Origin: Octopus sinensis
Taxonomy: Eukaryota
Direction of reading: 5' to 3'
DNA: 37,561 nt
Assembly (NCBI RefSeq): GCF_006345805.1
Contig: NW_021835900.1
Span: forward strand, 1-37,561
Positions 23,560 to 34,672 of this stretch are shown piece by piece; positions within the stretch are counted from its first letter, which is position 1, and each line of letters opens with the position of its first letter. Below the pieces are notes generated by a model. It was given only the letters and a program-made list of their open reading frames with translations, had not been told where the DNA came from and did not search any database. Position numbers and translations under genes: made by a program.

Positions 23560-23967
23560 GGATCTTTTCGGTTTGAACGGCAGTTTTTAACATAATTTCT
23601 AGGTAACTAGAAAATTTTAAACTTCGTATACTGCTAGAATGTGTTTATAAAACATCTTTTTCTCTTGGCTTTATTGAGAAAATTCTATAGTTTGTAAGAT
23701 ATTTGTTGTTTTTTTTCTGCAATTTCAACCAATCAGTGACGTCTATTGAGTTAAAAAGCATTCTGTGCCGTATGAATATGTCCCTCGTTTAAGAAACATA
23801 TTGGGTTTACTTACATTTGTGAAGAAAAAAAAGATACCCTTCCCCCACCCCTAACCCTAACCCTAAAACAGATTGAAATGCAATAGATCGATACTAGGGT
23901 CATAATTATGGGTGACAATTTCATATGACACCGCTAGAAAAAACTGCCGTTCAAACCGAAAAGATCC
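23560..23967. mobile_element. 408-bp MITE / non-autonomous DNA transposon
   Basis: Perfect 29-bp TIR GGATCTTTTCGGTTTGAACGGCAGTTTTT at both ends, inserted in (TA)n; internal (CCCTAA)3 at 23849-23866. Confidence 0.92.
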
Positions 23968-24259
23968 TATATACATATATATATACATACATACATATAT
24001 ACATAGGTATATGCATGTGTCCGTGCGTGTGTGTGTCAGAGAGAGAGAGAGAGAGAGGTGTATATACGACGGGCTTTCAGTTTCTTAAGGATATGGTATC
24101 AGAAAGAATTTTTGTCTACATTGAGAGAGAGCTGAAGTACTTTGGGTGTCGTCAGGGTCAACAAGCTTAACGTTCACATTCTAAAGAAAGGAGTGAACAG
24201 GAAACGGATGGAGACAACTGTGAAGACGCTGGCTGGATGATATAAAAAAAAGGGGGCTT

Positions 24260-24431
24260 TGTGGCGTTTCGCCCGTCGCTACGTTCTGAGTTCAAATTCC
24301 GCCGAGGTCGACTTTACCGTTTTTTCCTTTCGGGGGTCGATATATTAAGTACCGGTAAAACACTTGGGTCCGAGTAATCGACTAGTCCCCTCCCCATAAA
24401 TTTCAGGCCTCTTGCCTATAATAGAAAGAAT
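24260..24431 (+). mobile_element. SINE family A, 5'-truncated
   Basis: acgttctgagttcaaattccgccgaggtcgacttt...ggcctcttgcctataatagaaagaatt plus (ATT)n tail. Confidence 0.85.
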
Positions 24432-24602
24432 TATTATTATTATTATTAGTAGTAGTAGTAGTATATTTGTTCTGGTTGAATGCGCAACCATAGCCAGGCA
24501 CACGAAGTAATTAAGTTAGGTATTACATATTTTTGGTCCTAAACCCTTATCAATGTGGATAGGAATATACAAGGCAGTGTATAAGACAGTAGAATGTATA
24601 AT

Positions 24603-25002
24603 ATTCTTTTCTACTCTGGGCACAAGGCCCGAAATTTTGGGAGAGGGTGTTAGTCGATTGGATCGATCCCCAGTACGTAATGGGTACTTAATTTATCAGC
24701 CCCGAAAGGATGAAAAGCAAAGCCGACTTCTGCGGAATTTGAACTCAGAACGTAACGGCAGACGAAATACCTATTTCTTTACTACCCACAATGGGCTAAA
24801 CATAGGGAGGACAAACAAGGACAGACAAACGGATTAAGTTGATTATATTAACCCCAGTGTGTAACTGGTACTTATTTAATCGACCCCAAAAGGATGAAAG
24901 GTAAAGTCGACCTGGGCGGAATTTGAATTCAGAACATAACGGCAGACGAAATACCGGTAAACATTTCGCCCGGCGTACTAACGTTTCTGCCAGCTCGCCG
25001 CC
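24603..25002 (-). mobile_element. SINE family A, dimeric form
   Basis: Complete head, duplicated core, junction at 24771/24772. Confidence 0.9.
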
Positions 25003-25218
25003 TTAAAATGTATAATATTTAAACAGCGTATACTAATTTATATATTATATATAAAAGAGTCGACACTGCAATGTTGTATGCTGTACAATACCGTATTTCA
25101 AGACAAAATAAAAGTAAATATAGTGATTTATGTATTTCGCTTATTATTCTTGCTGAATGCTGTTGCTTACAGCTAAAACAGCAGATCTAAAACCCGTTAT
25201 TGTTTTGTTGTTATTGTC

Positions 25219-25249
<31 letters not shown>

Positions 25250-25382
25250 TTGTTGTTGTGTTGTTGTTGTTCTTCTTCTTCTTCTTCTTCTTCTTCTTCT
25301 TCTTCTTCTTCTTCTTCTTCTTCTTCTTCTCTTCTTCTTCATCATCATCATCATCATCGTTATAATTACTATTATCGTTGCA

Positions 25383-25872
25383 TGAGAGAGAGAGAGACAG
25401 TGCATGCCATCAAGGTGACACGGGGGTAAAATAACTGAAGCCCAGTATACCCATCATGACTGCCCGTCTGATAAGGGTACACCAGGCGCATGCATCACAA
25501 CCATATGTGCGCGACATGGTGATCTCATATCAAGATAAACAGCGCATGTCTTTGCAGGTGGGGCCCATTTAGAATTTTCTTCAGTTCTTGTGGCACATTC
25601 CGTTCAAAAAGTCCCTAAATAAGTGTGGTTTAAGGAAGTTGAACATAACAACCATGTTTACAGAGGTGAATTATGCAATCCCCAAAGAATCCCTCTCGAC
25701 AAATAGCTATGATACTACCCAACTACTTCTGCTCCTGACCAGAGATGCAAATATCATCAGCCACTAAGGGACATGCTCAACTGGTTACGGTCAAAACAAT
25801 GTACATGATAACACTCCCTGTCCTTTAAGATCAGAAGCCATGAGAGCTACTGCTTGGTACTGCATCGGGGCA
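25383..25872 (-). mobile_element. Family C element, diverged copy with ~65-bp internal deletion
   Basis: Reverse complement is colinear with 9823-10378; flanked by (GTT)(CTT)(CAT) and (ATT)n tracts. Confidence 0.85.
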
Positions 25873-25888
25873 TTTATTACTATTATTA

Positions 25889-25952
<64 letters not shown>

Positions 25953-25959
25953 GATCATT

Positions 25960-26065
25960 CGGTGGCGGGCAACCAGAATCGTTAAACGCCGGGGGAAATG
26001 CTTAGCGATATTTCGTCCGCCTCTACGTTCAGAGTTCAAAATTCCGCCAAGTTTGACTTTGACTT
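25960..26065 (+). mobile_element. SINE family A, head portion
   Basis: ggtggcgggcaaccagaatcgtt...gagttcaaaattccgcc. Confidence 0.8.
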
Positions 26066-26529
26066 TAGTCAGTTCAGTCAGTGAAAGCCTGAAATTAAAC
26101 AACAACAATCACAACAACAACCCTGAACGCCAGAACTTCTTAAAGTGGGTGGCGCCACCCACTAAGGGTGGTGCAAAATTTTAGACTGGGTCTATAAAGT
26201 GGGAGTTGGAAAATTTACATGGGTACAATCGACAAATGGGATGGTAGTGGTGTCACACATGCTTCTGTACAATGTTTTTGTCTTCTGTTTAAGTGCAGTA
26301 TTATGATAAACATCTCGTTAACCACAATAATTAACAGATTCCATAATACTAATAGCAAAAATATTAAACCTAATTATCGAACTCGGAACGTGAATCAGTT
26401 AATAAGAATACCATATATGCTTATAGAAGGTAGATAGTCTCCCACGTCGAACTAGCGCCCGGAATTCAATGACCCTAGCCTAATATTACGTAAAAATACG
26501 TAATATTACGTAAAAATACCTAAATTTTG

Positions 26530-26683
26530 TAATTTGAACTCGCAGCGTAACGGCAGACGAAATACCTATTTCTTTACCACCCACAAAGGGCTAAACACAG
26601 AGAGGACAAGCAAGGACAGACAAACGGATTAATTCGATTATATCGACCCTAGTGCGTAACTGGTACTTAATTTATCGACCCCG
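26530..26683 (-). mobile_element. SINE family A dimer fragment spanning the junction
   Basis: gacgaaatacc|tatttctttaccacccac junction at 26566/26567. Confidence 0.85.
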
Positions 26684-27284
26684 ATTTGAATTGTAGTAAG
26701 AGAATGCCTCAAAAGTGTGAGAAAATGAAAATGGCCAATCGTTAAAGAAAGGTTTGAGGAACGCGTTTCTTCGTGAATAATAGTCAAATCTCTTAAATCA
26801 CATCTGATACAATGTGTTCCTTGTTGTTTCCTGCACTGGAGAGTACAAACGGGACAGCCATGGATGGAATGCTGTGGATGGAGTGCCATTGATGATAGGC
26901 TCGTTCAATGAAGGTTATACAAGAGACTAAAACACAGTCTGGAATGAGTGAAAAAAAAGCTGGTACGAGACAAACGATGTCACTCCTTTCACTGCTCATT
27001 ACCGACATAAGCTACCACTAGCTTCTCTGATTTCTATTGTGAGTCATTGAAGCCAATTGGTACACTACCGTCTGTGCCACTTTCCCCTTCGTCACCTGAG
27101 TCTAAATATTGATTTTAAGATCGACAAAATTATCACACCTGTTGCAGGTGAGTAAAACATCGAATATATCAATCCTAGCAAAAGGTTATCCAACGTCTTC
27201 GACGGTGACAAAGTATTCGATCAACTGAACTCTGTCAGTTCCTGTTATCTCCGCCTGCGGCAGAATGTGCATTATCAGGAGGTA

Positions 27285-27520
27285 GTTGCCCTTATATCAT
27301 TCGATCTTTAACGAGAGGGTTCAGACATGTCCATGCTCTGATGTTGTCTCTCCATGTCCTAGGTTGCCTACCGCTGCTTCTTTTGCAATTAATTATGCCT
27401 TCCAAACCATTCTCTTAGTGAGACCAAGCAGTTTAAATATTTTACGTGTGATGATAGAGATGAGTGGTGGTAATTTGGTCATTTGTCTTTAGATTTTCGA
27501 TTCTGACGTGGTCTGAGAGT
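27285..27520 (-). mobile_element. RTE-clade LINE ORF2 C-terminal remnant
   Basis: Minus-strand LEGIINCKRSSGRQPRTWRDNIRAWTCL resembles the RTE segment LEG...GKR.RGRP...W.DNI..WTG. Confidence 0.7.
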
Positions 27521-27649
27521 CTGTTGTTAGCAATAATTCACGTTACAGATTTCCAGTTTCTGAAATGCAACAAATATGCAGGTGACACATTGTAGCTCAA
27601 ATAAAACTACGGGAAGAACGTAAATGCTGTAGTTGCTTGATTTTAAGTG

Positions 27650-27788
27650 GGTTCCGTCTACCAGATCCACTCACAAGGCTTTGGTCGGCCCGTGGCTATT
27701 GTAGAAGACACTTGCCCAAGGTGCCACGCACTAGGACTGCACCCGGAACCTTGTGGTTGGTAAGCAAGCTACGTACCACACAGCCACT
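27650..27788 (-). mobile_element. Family B SINE, 5' half
   Basis: ttccgtctaccagatccactcacaaggc...gacacttgcccaaggtgccacgc...accacacagccac. Confidence 0.85.
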
Positions 27789-27931
27789 AGTATTATTTTT
27801 TCGTTTAAGTCCAATATTTAAAATTTATTATTATTATTATTTCATATACGCGTAACAGATTAAACTGTTGGAAGAGAAAGATTCATACCATTAGGCTACC
27901 ACAACTGACCATAGATACCAGTTATTACTTA

Positions 27932-28085
27932 GGTGGTGAGCTGGTAGAATCGTTAGCACGCCGGACAGAGTGCTTAGTAGCAGTTAGTCCATTTTTTATA
28001 TTCTGAATTCGAGTCTCACTTTGCCTTTCATGCTTTCAGGTTTGATACGTACCAGTTGAGCACTGGGGTTGATATAATCGATTAA
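27932..28085 (+). mobile_element. SINE family A, diverged
   Basis: ggtggtgagctggtagaatcgttagcacgccgg...ttgcctttcatgctttc. Confidence 0.75.
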
Positions 28086-28908
28086 TCCAATTATTATTAT
28101 TATTGTTGTTGTTGTTGTTGTTGTTGTTGTAGTTTTTGTTGTTGTTGTTGTTGTTATAGGAGAAGGGCTGCTTTCATGATTCTCTCAAGTGTTTGTGTTT
28201 GTGTGACTGATGAGAACAGAAAAAAGCATGTTCGCTTTAGATCAATGGTCCGAATGCTTACCTGAGAGTGAGCTTTGCTAAAGGAACCACCAATGGGCCA
28301 AGTACTAGAGGTGAGCAGGTATACGCCTGGAGAGAGACGGATTTAATTTACTTTCCGTTAGCGTGTTCGATTCCTCTAAGTAAGGATAATGAATTATGAA
28401 GTTTGGAGACAATCCATGATTCATTATGAATTAATGCTTATTTTCTTGGATTGAAAACAACATCTCTGAAATGAATTCGAAACAGAGTCCTTGTGTGCAT
28501 TCCTGCAGTATTTACATTTAGAGGGCGTTGCAGTATTTGTCGGAAAAATTGCCTTGTAGAATTTAATGACTGCGTTTCGGGCTTACATTCCATCGCGATA
28601 CATTTTGCCGTCTGCGAATTCGGATCAAATAAAATACGCATCCCTCCAGTTTTGTTGATGGTTAGTGGACCGGAAGAACATCAGATTAGATTTCTTGCAT
28701 GTATTTTTTTTTGTTTTGTTTTTCAGATTTTTGAGTTTGGTGTTGAAATCCCACTATGGCCTACGTGGGAGTGTTGACTTAATCCTTTAATCTAACGTTC
28801 AGTTTAATACCACCACACTGTACTGTAACTGTTGTTAGCAATGTCCAGTCTTGCAACCAGCGATGTATAACAGCTTCTGATGGTCTGGTCGATACTGTAA
28901 TACTGTAG

Positions 28909-28922
<14 letters not shown>

Positions 28923-28990
<68 letters not shown>
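28923..28990 (+). repeat. Perfect (TG)34
   Basis: Directly visible. Confidence 0.95.
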
Positions 28991-28993
<3 letters not shown>

Positions 28994-29004
28994 ATATATA
29001 TATA

Positions 29005-29280
29005 GGAGAGTTCACGAAAAAAACAAGACGAAGACAGGTGGTGTAGACAACAAACAGATGTATTAGTTTAACGCTCGAGAAGTGAAAATGCCTTTAACGT
29101 TTCGAGCCTACGCTCTTCCACAGAAAGGAACACAGAAAGAAACAAGGAGCGAAAATAAATATTGTGTAGTGGCTAGCGATCTATCATGGCGAATGACGGA
29201 CAGAGGGATCATACAGGGGAGCTGGGAAGAAGGGGAGATAATAAAGTAGTGGTGATCCCAAAATGAAGGTGCGCGTGCGT
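29005..29280 (-). mobile_element. Penelope-like element terminal (pseudo-LTR-like) fragment next to (TA)n
   Basis: Non-coding segment abutting (TA)n and carrying a minimal hammerhead-like motif, a hallmark of Penelope-like elements. No ORF is present, so the family call is inferred. Confidence 0.55.
29091..29128 (-). ncRNA. Variant minimal type-I hammerhead ribozyme-like motif
   Basis: Minus strand CCUUU-CUGUGGAA-GAGC(GUAG)GCUC-GAA-ACGU-U-AAAGG: stem I, core-like segment, stem II, GAAA and palindromic stem III. Confidence 0.55.
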
Positions 29281-30130
29281 GTGTATATGAGAGCGTGTGA
29301 AGTAAATTTCTTTCTTTCGAAAAGAGTTTCACGCTGCCATGATTCTCAGTTCTCACCGGATGATCGAGATGGCATGAAACTGGAGTGCTGAGAAAAGACT
29401 TCGGTTTAGATAATGAATAAAAAAACTCGTTAATATATACGAATATTCTGTTACTAATAATTCTATACAAGTCAATATTACAAAGCATTATAATCATTGT
29501 ATCCTTGTGTGTACGTACGTTTAATATGTACGTGTATCTATGTTTGCTTATAATTATCTGTTCATGCGTAAATAGACAGACTACCTTGAAGTGGGCAAAT
29601 ATGGTTTATTTTTCTCTGGTGTGTTTGGGTGTGTCATATGAAATATAGAAAATCCATGTGAAATACTGGCATAATTCACACGACTTAGAGTGTACCACGA
29701 TGACGATGAAGATAACACCACCACCAACACGAACAAGAACAACAACAACAAAAACATCAAAACAACAACACATTATCGTTATCTTTAAAGATGCGTTTTT
29801 TACCTGCTACATTAGAAGTTGATAGAAACAGGTGCTGGAATACTTTGAAACTACCAATTAGCTTACAAACATAACACCTGTTTAAGTTTCAATATTCAGC
29901 TGGACTTCGTTCAGCAGGGTGCCTCTCAACTGGTTGTTGCAATCGGCCTGCAAGAAACAGCAGCCATATTCACTGACTTCGTTATGTAATATATGAAAAT
30001 AATAATGGATTGTAATAATGGCTGGACGAGATTAAGAAGTTAGTCGCAAATGCTTCTTTCGCTCATAAGCTGGATGTAAACGAGAGCGAAAACAAGAGAA
30101 ACAACATGGATACACGAGCATATGTGTGTG

Positions 30131-30173
<43 letters not shown>

Positions 30174-30545
30174 AGGAATGTGTGATATATATCTAACTTA
30201 TATATAGGTATGTATTTATATGTATATATATGTTATAATAGTGCGTATGTAAGTGTGTATGAATAATTTTTATATGAATATGTAATAACTAGATGTAGTT
30301 TGTTAGTGTGTTCGTACTACACACACATTTGTGTGTCTATGTACATATATCCAAATGTATATATATACATATATATATATATGTGTGTCTGTGTGTGTGT
30401 CCAAGTGTATATAACATACATGTGTGTGTAGTGCGAATACACTAACGTATTAAATCTAGTAATTACATATTCTTATAAACATTCACAAATATACACACAT
30501 ACGCTTTTCTGTAATATATATGTGTGTGTATGTGTGTGTGTATGA

Positions 30546-30548
<3 letters not shown>

Positions 30549-30628
<80 letters not shown>
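30549..30628. repeat. Perfect (TA)40
   Basis: Directly visible. Confidence 0.95.
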
Positions 30629-30633
<5 letters not shown>

Positions 30634-30994
30634 GTACATATGTATGTATATGTGTATGTATACACGACATCTATTTATCTATCTATATATCTGTGTGCTT
30701 GTAATGTGCGCATGTTAGTGTGTGCGTGTGTGTATGTGTGTGTGTGTGTGTATCTCGTTATACAAATGTGTATACGCATATGAGTCAATCATATGACGAG
30801 GCATTATTCCATAGTTTATTACGACATACTTTGGTCGTACAGCCACTCTTGAACAGAATATAAATGGAAAGTAAAGCATGATAATTCATGCGTTGGTTAA
30901 CTACTGCCGGTCCAATATGACCTCCACCACCTGTATTTTTACAACACGCCTCAGGAAAAGCTTATGTGTCTGTTCGGGCTACTTAAACGTGCTA

Positions 30995-31821
30995 ATATGG
31001 GCACCTTGCAATCATCGCTCAATAAGCTAGAAATAACAGCAAAATCTACCTCGAAGCAATTACTAGATTCTTGAATATGTAATATTATAGGAAATATGCT
31101 TACGGAGATTGCAGACTTTGATACAGAAAAAGGCGGGATATTCACGGGTGGGAGACACATGATTGAAGATGTGCGGGTAGGATTAATCAGTTGCATCAAA
31201 GGAGTCAACATTAAAATAATATAGTCCAAAACACATTATTTATGGAATTAAAGACGGAATGGTCACGGATGAGTGGTTTTTAACGACAGATAAGATCTGT
31301 GATGCAGGGAGGGTTAAAAAAAAGAGACAAGTACAGAAATAAGAAGGAACACATTAGATAATGTAGTTCGATATACATTATGTCTGCAGAACGGATGGGA
31401 TTGTCACGGCCGGAACGCTTGTTCGACTGAGGTGCCGATACGGGGTGAAACGAGAGTAATAACAGCACGAAGGAGAAGAAGAAAAACAACAACAACAACA
31501 AAGGATAGGTTACATAATTTAGTCTGGTATGTATATGTTTGAACAGCAGAAGGGACTGTCACGGATGGAACACTTGTTCAGCAAAGGGGCCAGCCCGGAG
31601 CTACACGACATCATCAGCTTCACCGAACGGAGCATCATCATCATCATCATCATCGTCGTCGTCGTCGTCGTTATCATCATCATCATCATCGTTTCAATCA
31701 CCACCACCATCATCATCATCATCATCAACCAGAACAACAACAACAACAACAGCAACAAAACATAAACAAAGGATACATTATGTGATGTAGCCGTAGGTAC
31801 ACTATGCCAGTAGCAATGGTG

Positions 31822-31877
<56 letters not shown>

Positions 31878-31990
31878 CATAATAATAATAATAACAATGA
31901 TAATAATATGCGGGAACAAGATTTACACTGGATGGTCATAGTTGGAGTACCTTTCGAAATTGGAATCTGCTCGATCAGCACTAAACAACA
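30995..31990 (+). mobile_element. Tandem run of degenerate family D copies separated by (CAA)/(CAT)/(AAT) expansions
   Basis: Recurrent aagga(t)ac/gtta.ataat.tag...tatg...ggga.tgtcacgg..ggaac.cttgttc units at ~31340, ~31500 and ~31768; ends ctgctcgatcag..ctaaacaacaa. Confidence 0.6.
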
Positions 31991-32242
31991 AGCTACCACA
32001 ACAGGACATCAACAACGAGAACAACAACAATAATAAATTACAAAAAGAAAAAAAAAAACGAAAAAAAAGCTTCTATTTATTGCCATTAAACCGTTGAAAG
32101 TCTGAATGGATAATAACTGAGAAATGTGTGTATGTGTGTGCATGTGTGTATGTGTATGTGTATGTGTGTGTGTGTGTGTGTGTTGATGGAGCAATAGAGG
32201 TCAGGTGATGCTGTGGTCTGGATGCTTGTACTGCTGTTACAG

Positions 32243-32304
32243 CCTCTCAACGTCTGCAACAAGCCCGGCTTTGCTTTATAGCTAGAAGCCAAACAACTAT
32301 CATG
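32243..32304 (+). other. Candidate 62-nt exon ending in ATG
   Basis: ctgctgttacAG| acceptor and ACTATCATG|GTATGT donor, in unique sequence between microsatellites. Confidence 0.3.
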
Positions 32305-32574
32305 GTATGTGTAGGCGTTTAGACCGAACATGAGTGGGTGTAGTAGACATTTCACTGATCTTCGTCTACCCCTGCCTCCTTTTGTTTTACCATTTTCCTT
32401 CCAGCTATCCCTTCCCTTCATTCATTTCTTTCTTCAGTTCTTCCTTCATTTCTCTTCTTCATATATTTGTCGTTTGCCTTTATATATTTATATATATACA
32501 TATATATATATACTTATCTATACATCTATATCTATCTATCTATCAATCAATCAATCTCTCTCTCTCCCTCTTTC

Positions 32575-32626
<52 letters not shown>

Positions 32627-33229
32627 GTAACTAAAAATAAGGGTGTCTGAGAGACACCACCATGCCGAAATAGCAGTCAAAACCCTGACTCTAAGAACCA
32701 CGTTAAATGTTCATATCGCACCATGAGATAAAACAGATATATATATATACAATTATATATATATTTTATATATAGAGATATTTGTTTGTTTTAATTTACA
32801 GCCTGTATTGAGACAGAGGTGCGCGTGTGCTTTGTTAGCGGTGTATATTATGTGTTAACAGTGCGTGTGTGTGTGTGTGTGTGTGAGACATATCTATGGA
32901 ATTTTGTGGAGACTGAGAATGAGGGTGGGGATGGGGGGGTGTCTACAGGTGAGCGGTAATGTTCGTGTGACTGTTTATTTCTCAATGGGTCAGCAGAATA
33001 CTTGTGAACGTGTATGTCTATTATATATATGTGTGTGTGTGTATGTGCGCGTGTTTCTGTGTATATATACATAGAAACATGTAAGTATATATACATATTT
33101 GTTTATATGTATATATATATATATATAGATGTCTCTCTCTCTCTCTATATATATATGTATATGTACATGTACTTATCTATCTATATATATATATAATCAT
33201 ATATATACATATATATATAAATAAATAAA

Positions 33230-33276
<47 letters not shown>

Positions 33277-33783
33277 ATATATAAATAATATATATATATG
33301 TATATATATAAATATTACCTGTCACACACTTTTACTTTTCTGACATTTTGCCATCTCTATATGTTTGTCTCTTTCTCTCACTCTCTCTTTCTTTCACACA
33401 TGCATACGCACACCACCACACACACACACACACACACCACACACACACTCAAACACACACACACACACACACCACACACACGACCACGTACATACATAAA
33501 CTGTCACATTCTCTTTGTTAAGCTTTATGTAAGTTGACAGCATGTGTTATATAAAGGTAGATTTCAATATGTGTACTCTTTGTCCACAATACACACACAC
33601 ACACACACACCAACACACACATATCTATATGTACATATACATGTAAATATATATACACATACACACATACATAAATATATATATATATATATATATACAC
33701 ATTCATACATATATATATATATTTATATATATATATATATACATACATGCATAATTATACATTAATAAAAAGGTGTGTTTGAG

Positions 33784-33847
<64 letters not shown>
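33784..33847 (+). repeat. (CTA)n
   Basis: Directly visible. Confidence 0.95.
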
Positions 33848-34099
33848 AACTGCTGCTTCGGCTGCAGTTACTGGTATAGGTGTGCCTGATGTTGTTGTTG
33901 TTGTTGTTGTCGTTGCTGTGTATTTGAAAGTGGAGTTAGAAGGAGACGGAGAATTTCCTCTCTAAGGTAAGACCAATGAACTATTTCATTCCTGTTGATG
34001 GACCGACAGCCATGGGCGCCGGACTAGCGTCAACACAAGCAGTACATATACGAACGTGTCTTTGTGTTTATATATATATATATATATGTAGATATTTAT

Positions 34100-34135
<36 letters not shown>

Positions 34136-34634
34136 GGATAGATAGATATATATATATATTTGTATAAATCTATTTGTATGTATGTATATATCTATATAAA
34201 TATATATATATATATATATCTATATATATATTATATATATATTATGTATATTATAGTATGTATGTATATATGTATATATATAATGGAGTTACTCTGGGAA
34301 TTAAAGGATATTTATATATACATATACATATATATTACATATATATGTACTTATATGTGTATTACATTTGTATATGGATAAATATCCCAATACGAACACA
34401 CACACACACACACACACATATTATATATATATATATATATATACACACACATAAATATATATTTATTTATGACACCAGGTAACCCAAACTGTGACCGTGC
34501 TTTACTCAACACATCAGCATACTGTCATATACTCATTAGTCCCAAATATTAGACACACACAAGCATATATATATACATATGTGTGTGTGCGCGAGCGTGT
34601 GTGTGTGTGTGTATGTATGATGTATATATATGTA

Positions 34635-34672
<38 letters not shown>

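Noticed and set aside
23849-23866. True telomere or chromosome-fusion scar
   Set aside because: Only three units, located inside a TIR-bounded MITE.
28207-28240. Second hammerhead (CTGATGA-GAACA...TGTTC)
   Set aside because: Stem II is followed by GCTT rather than GAAA, and no stems I/III are found.
28503-28530. CTCF site with upstream TGCAG motif
   Set aside because: The 5' half of the core mismatches and the spacing to TGCAG is too short.
31342-31542. EGF-like or toxin-like peptide (YTLCLQNGWDCHGRNACS / CLNSRRDCHGWNTCS)
   Set aside because: The units differ by a frameshift, lack a start or signal peptide, and match a dispersed non-coding repeat (family D) seen elsewhere in the window.
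33784-33965. Mucin-stalk + transmembrane peptide (T-rich...VVVVVVVVAVYLK)
   Set aside because: It derives from (ACT)n and (GTT)n microsatellites, with no credible acceptor or start.
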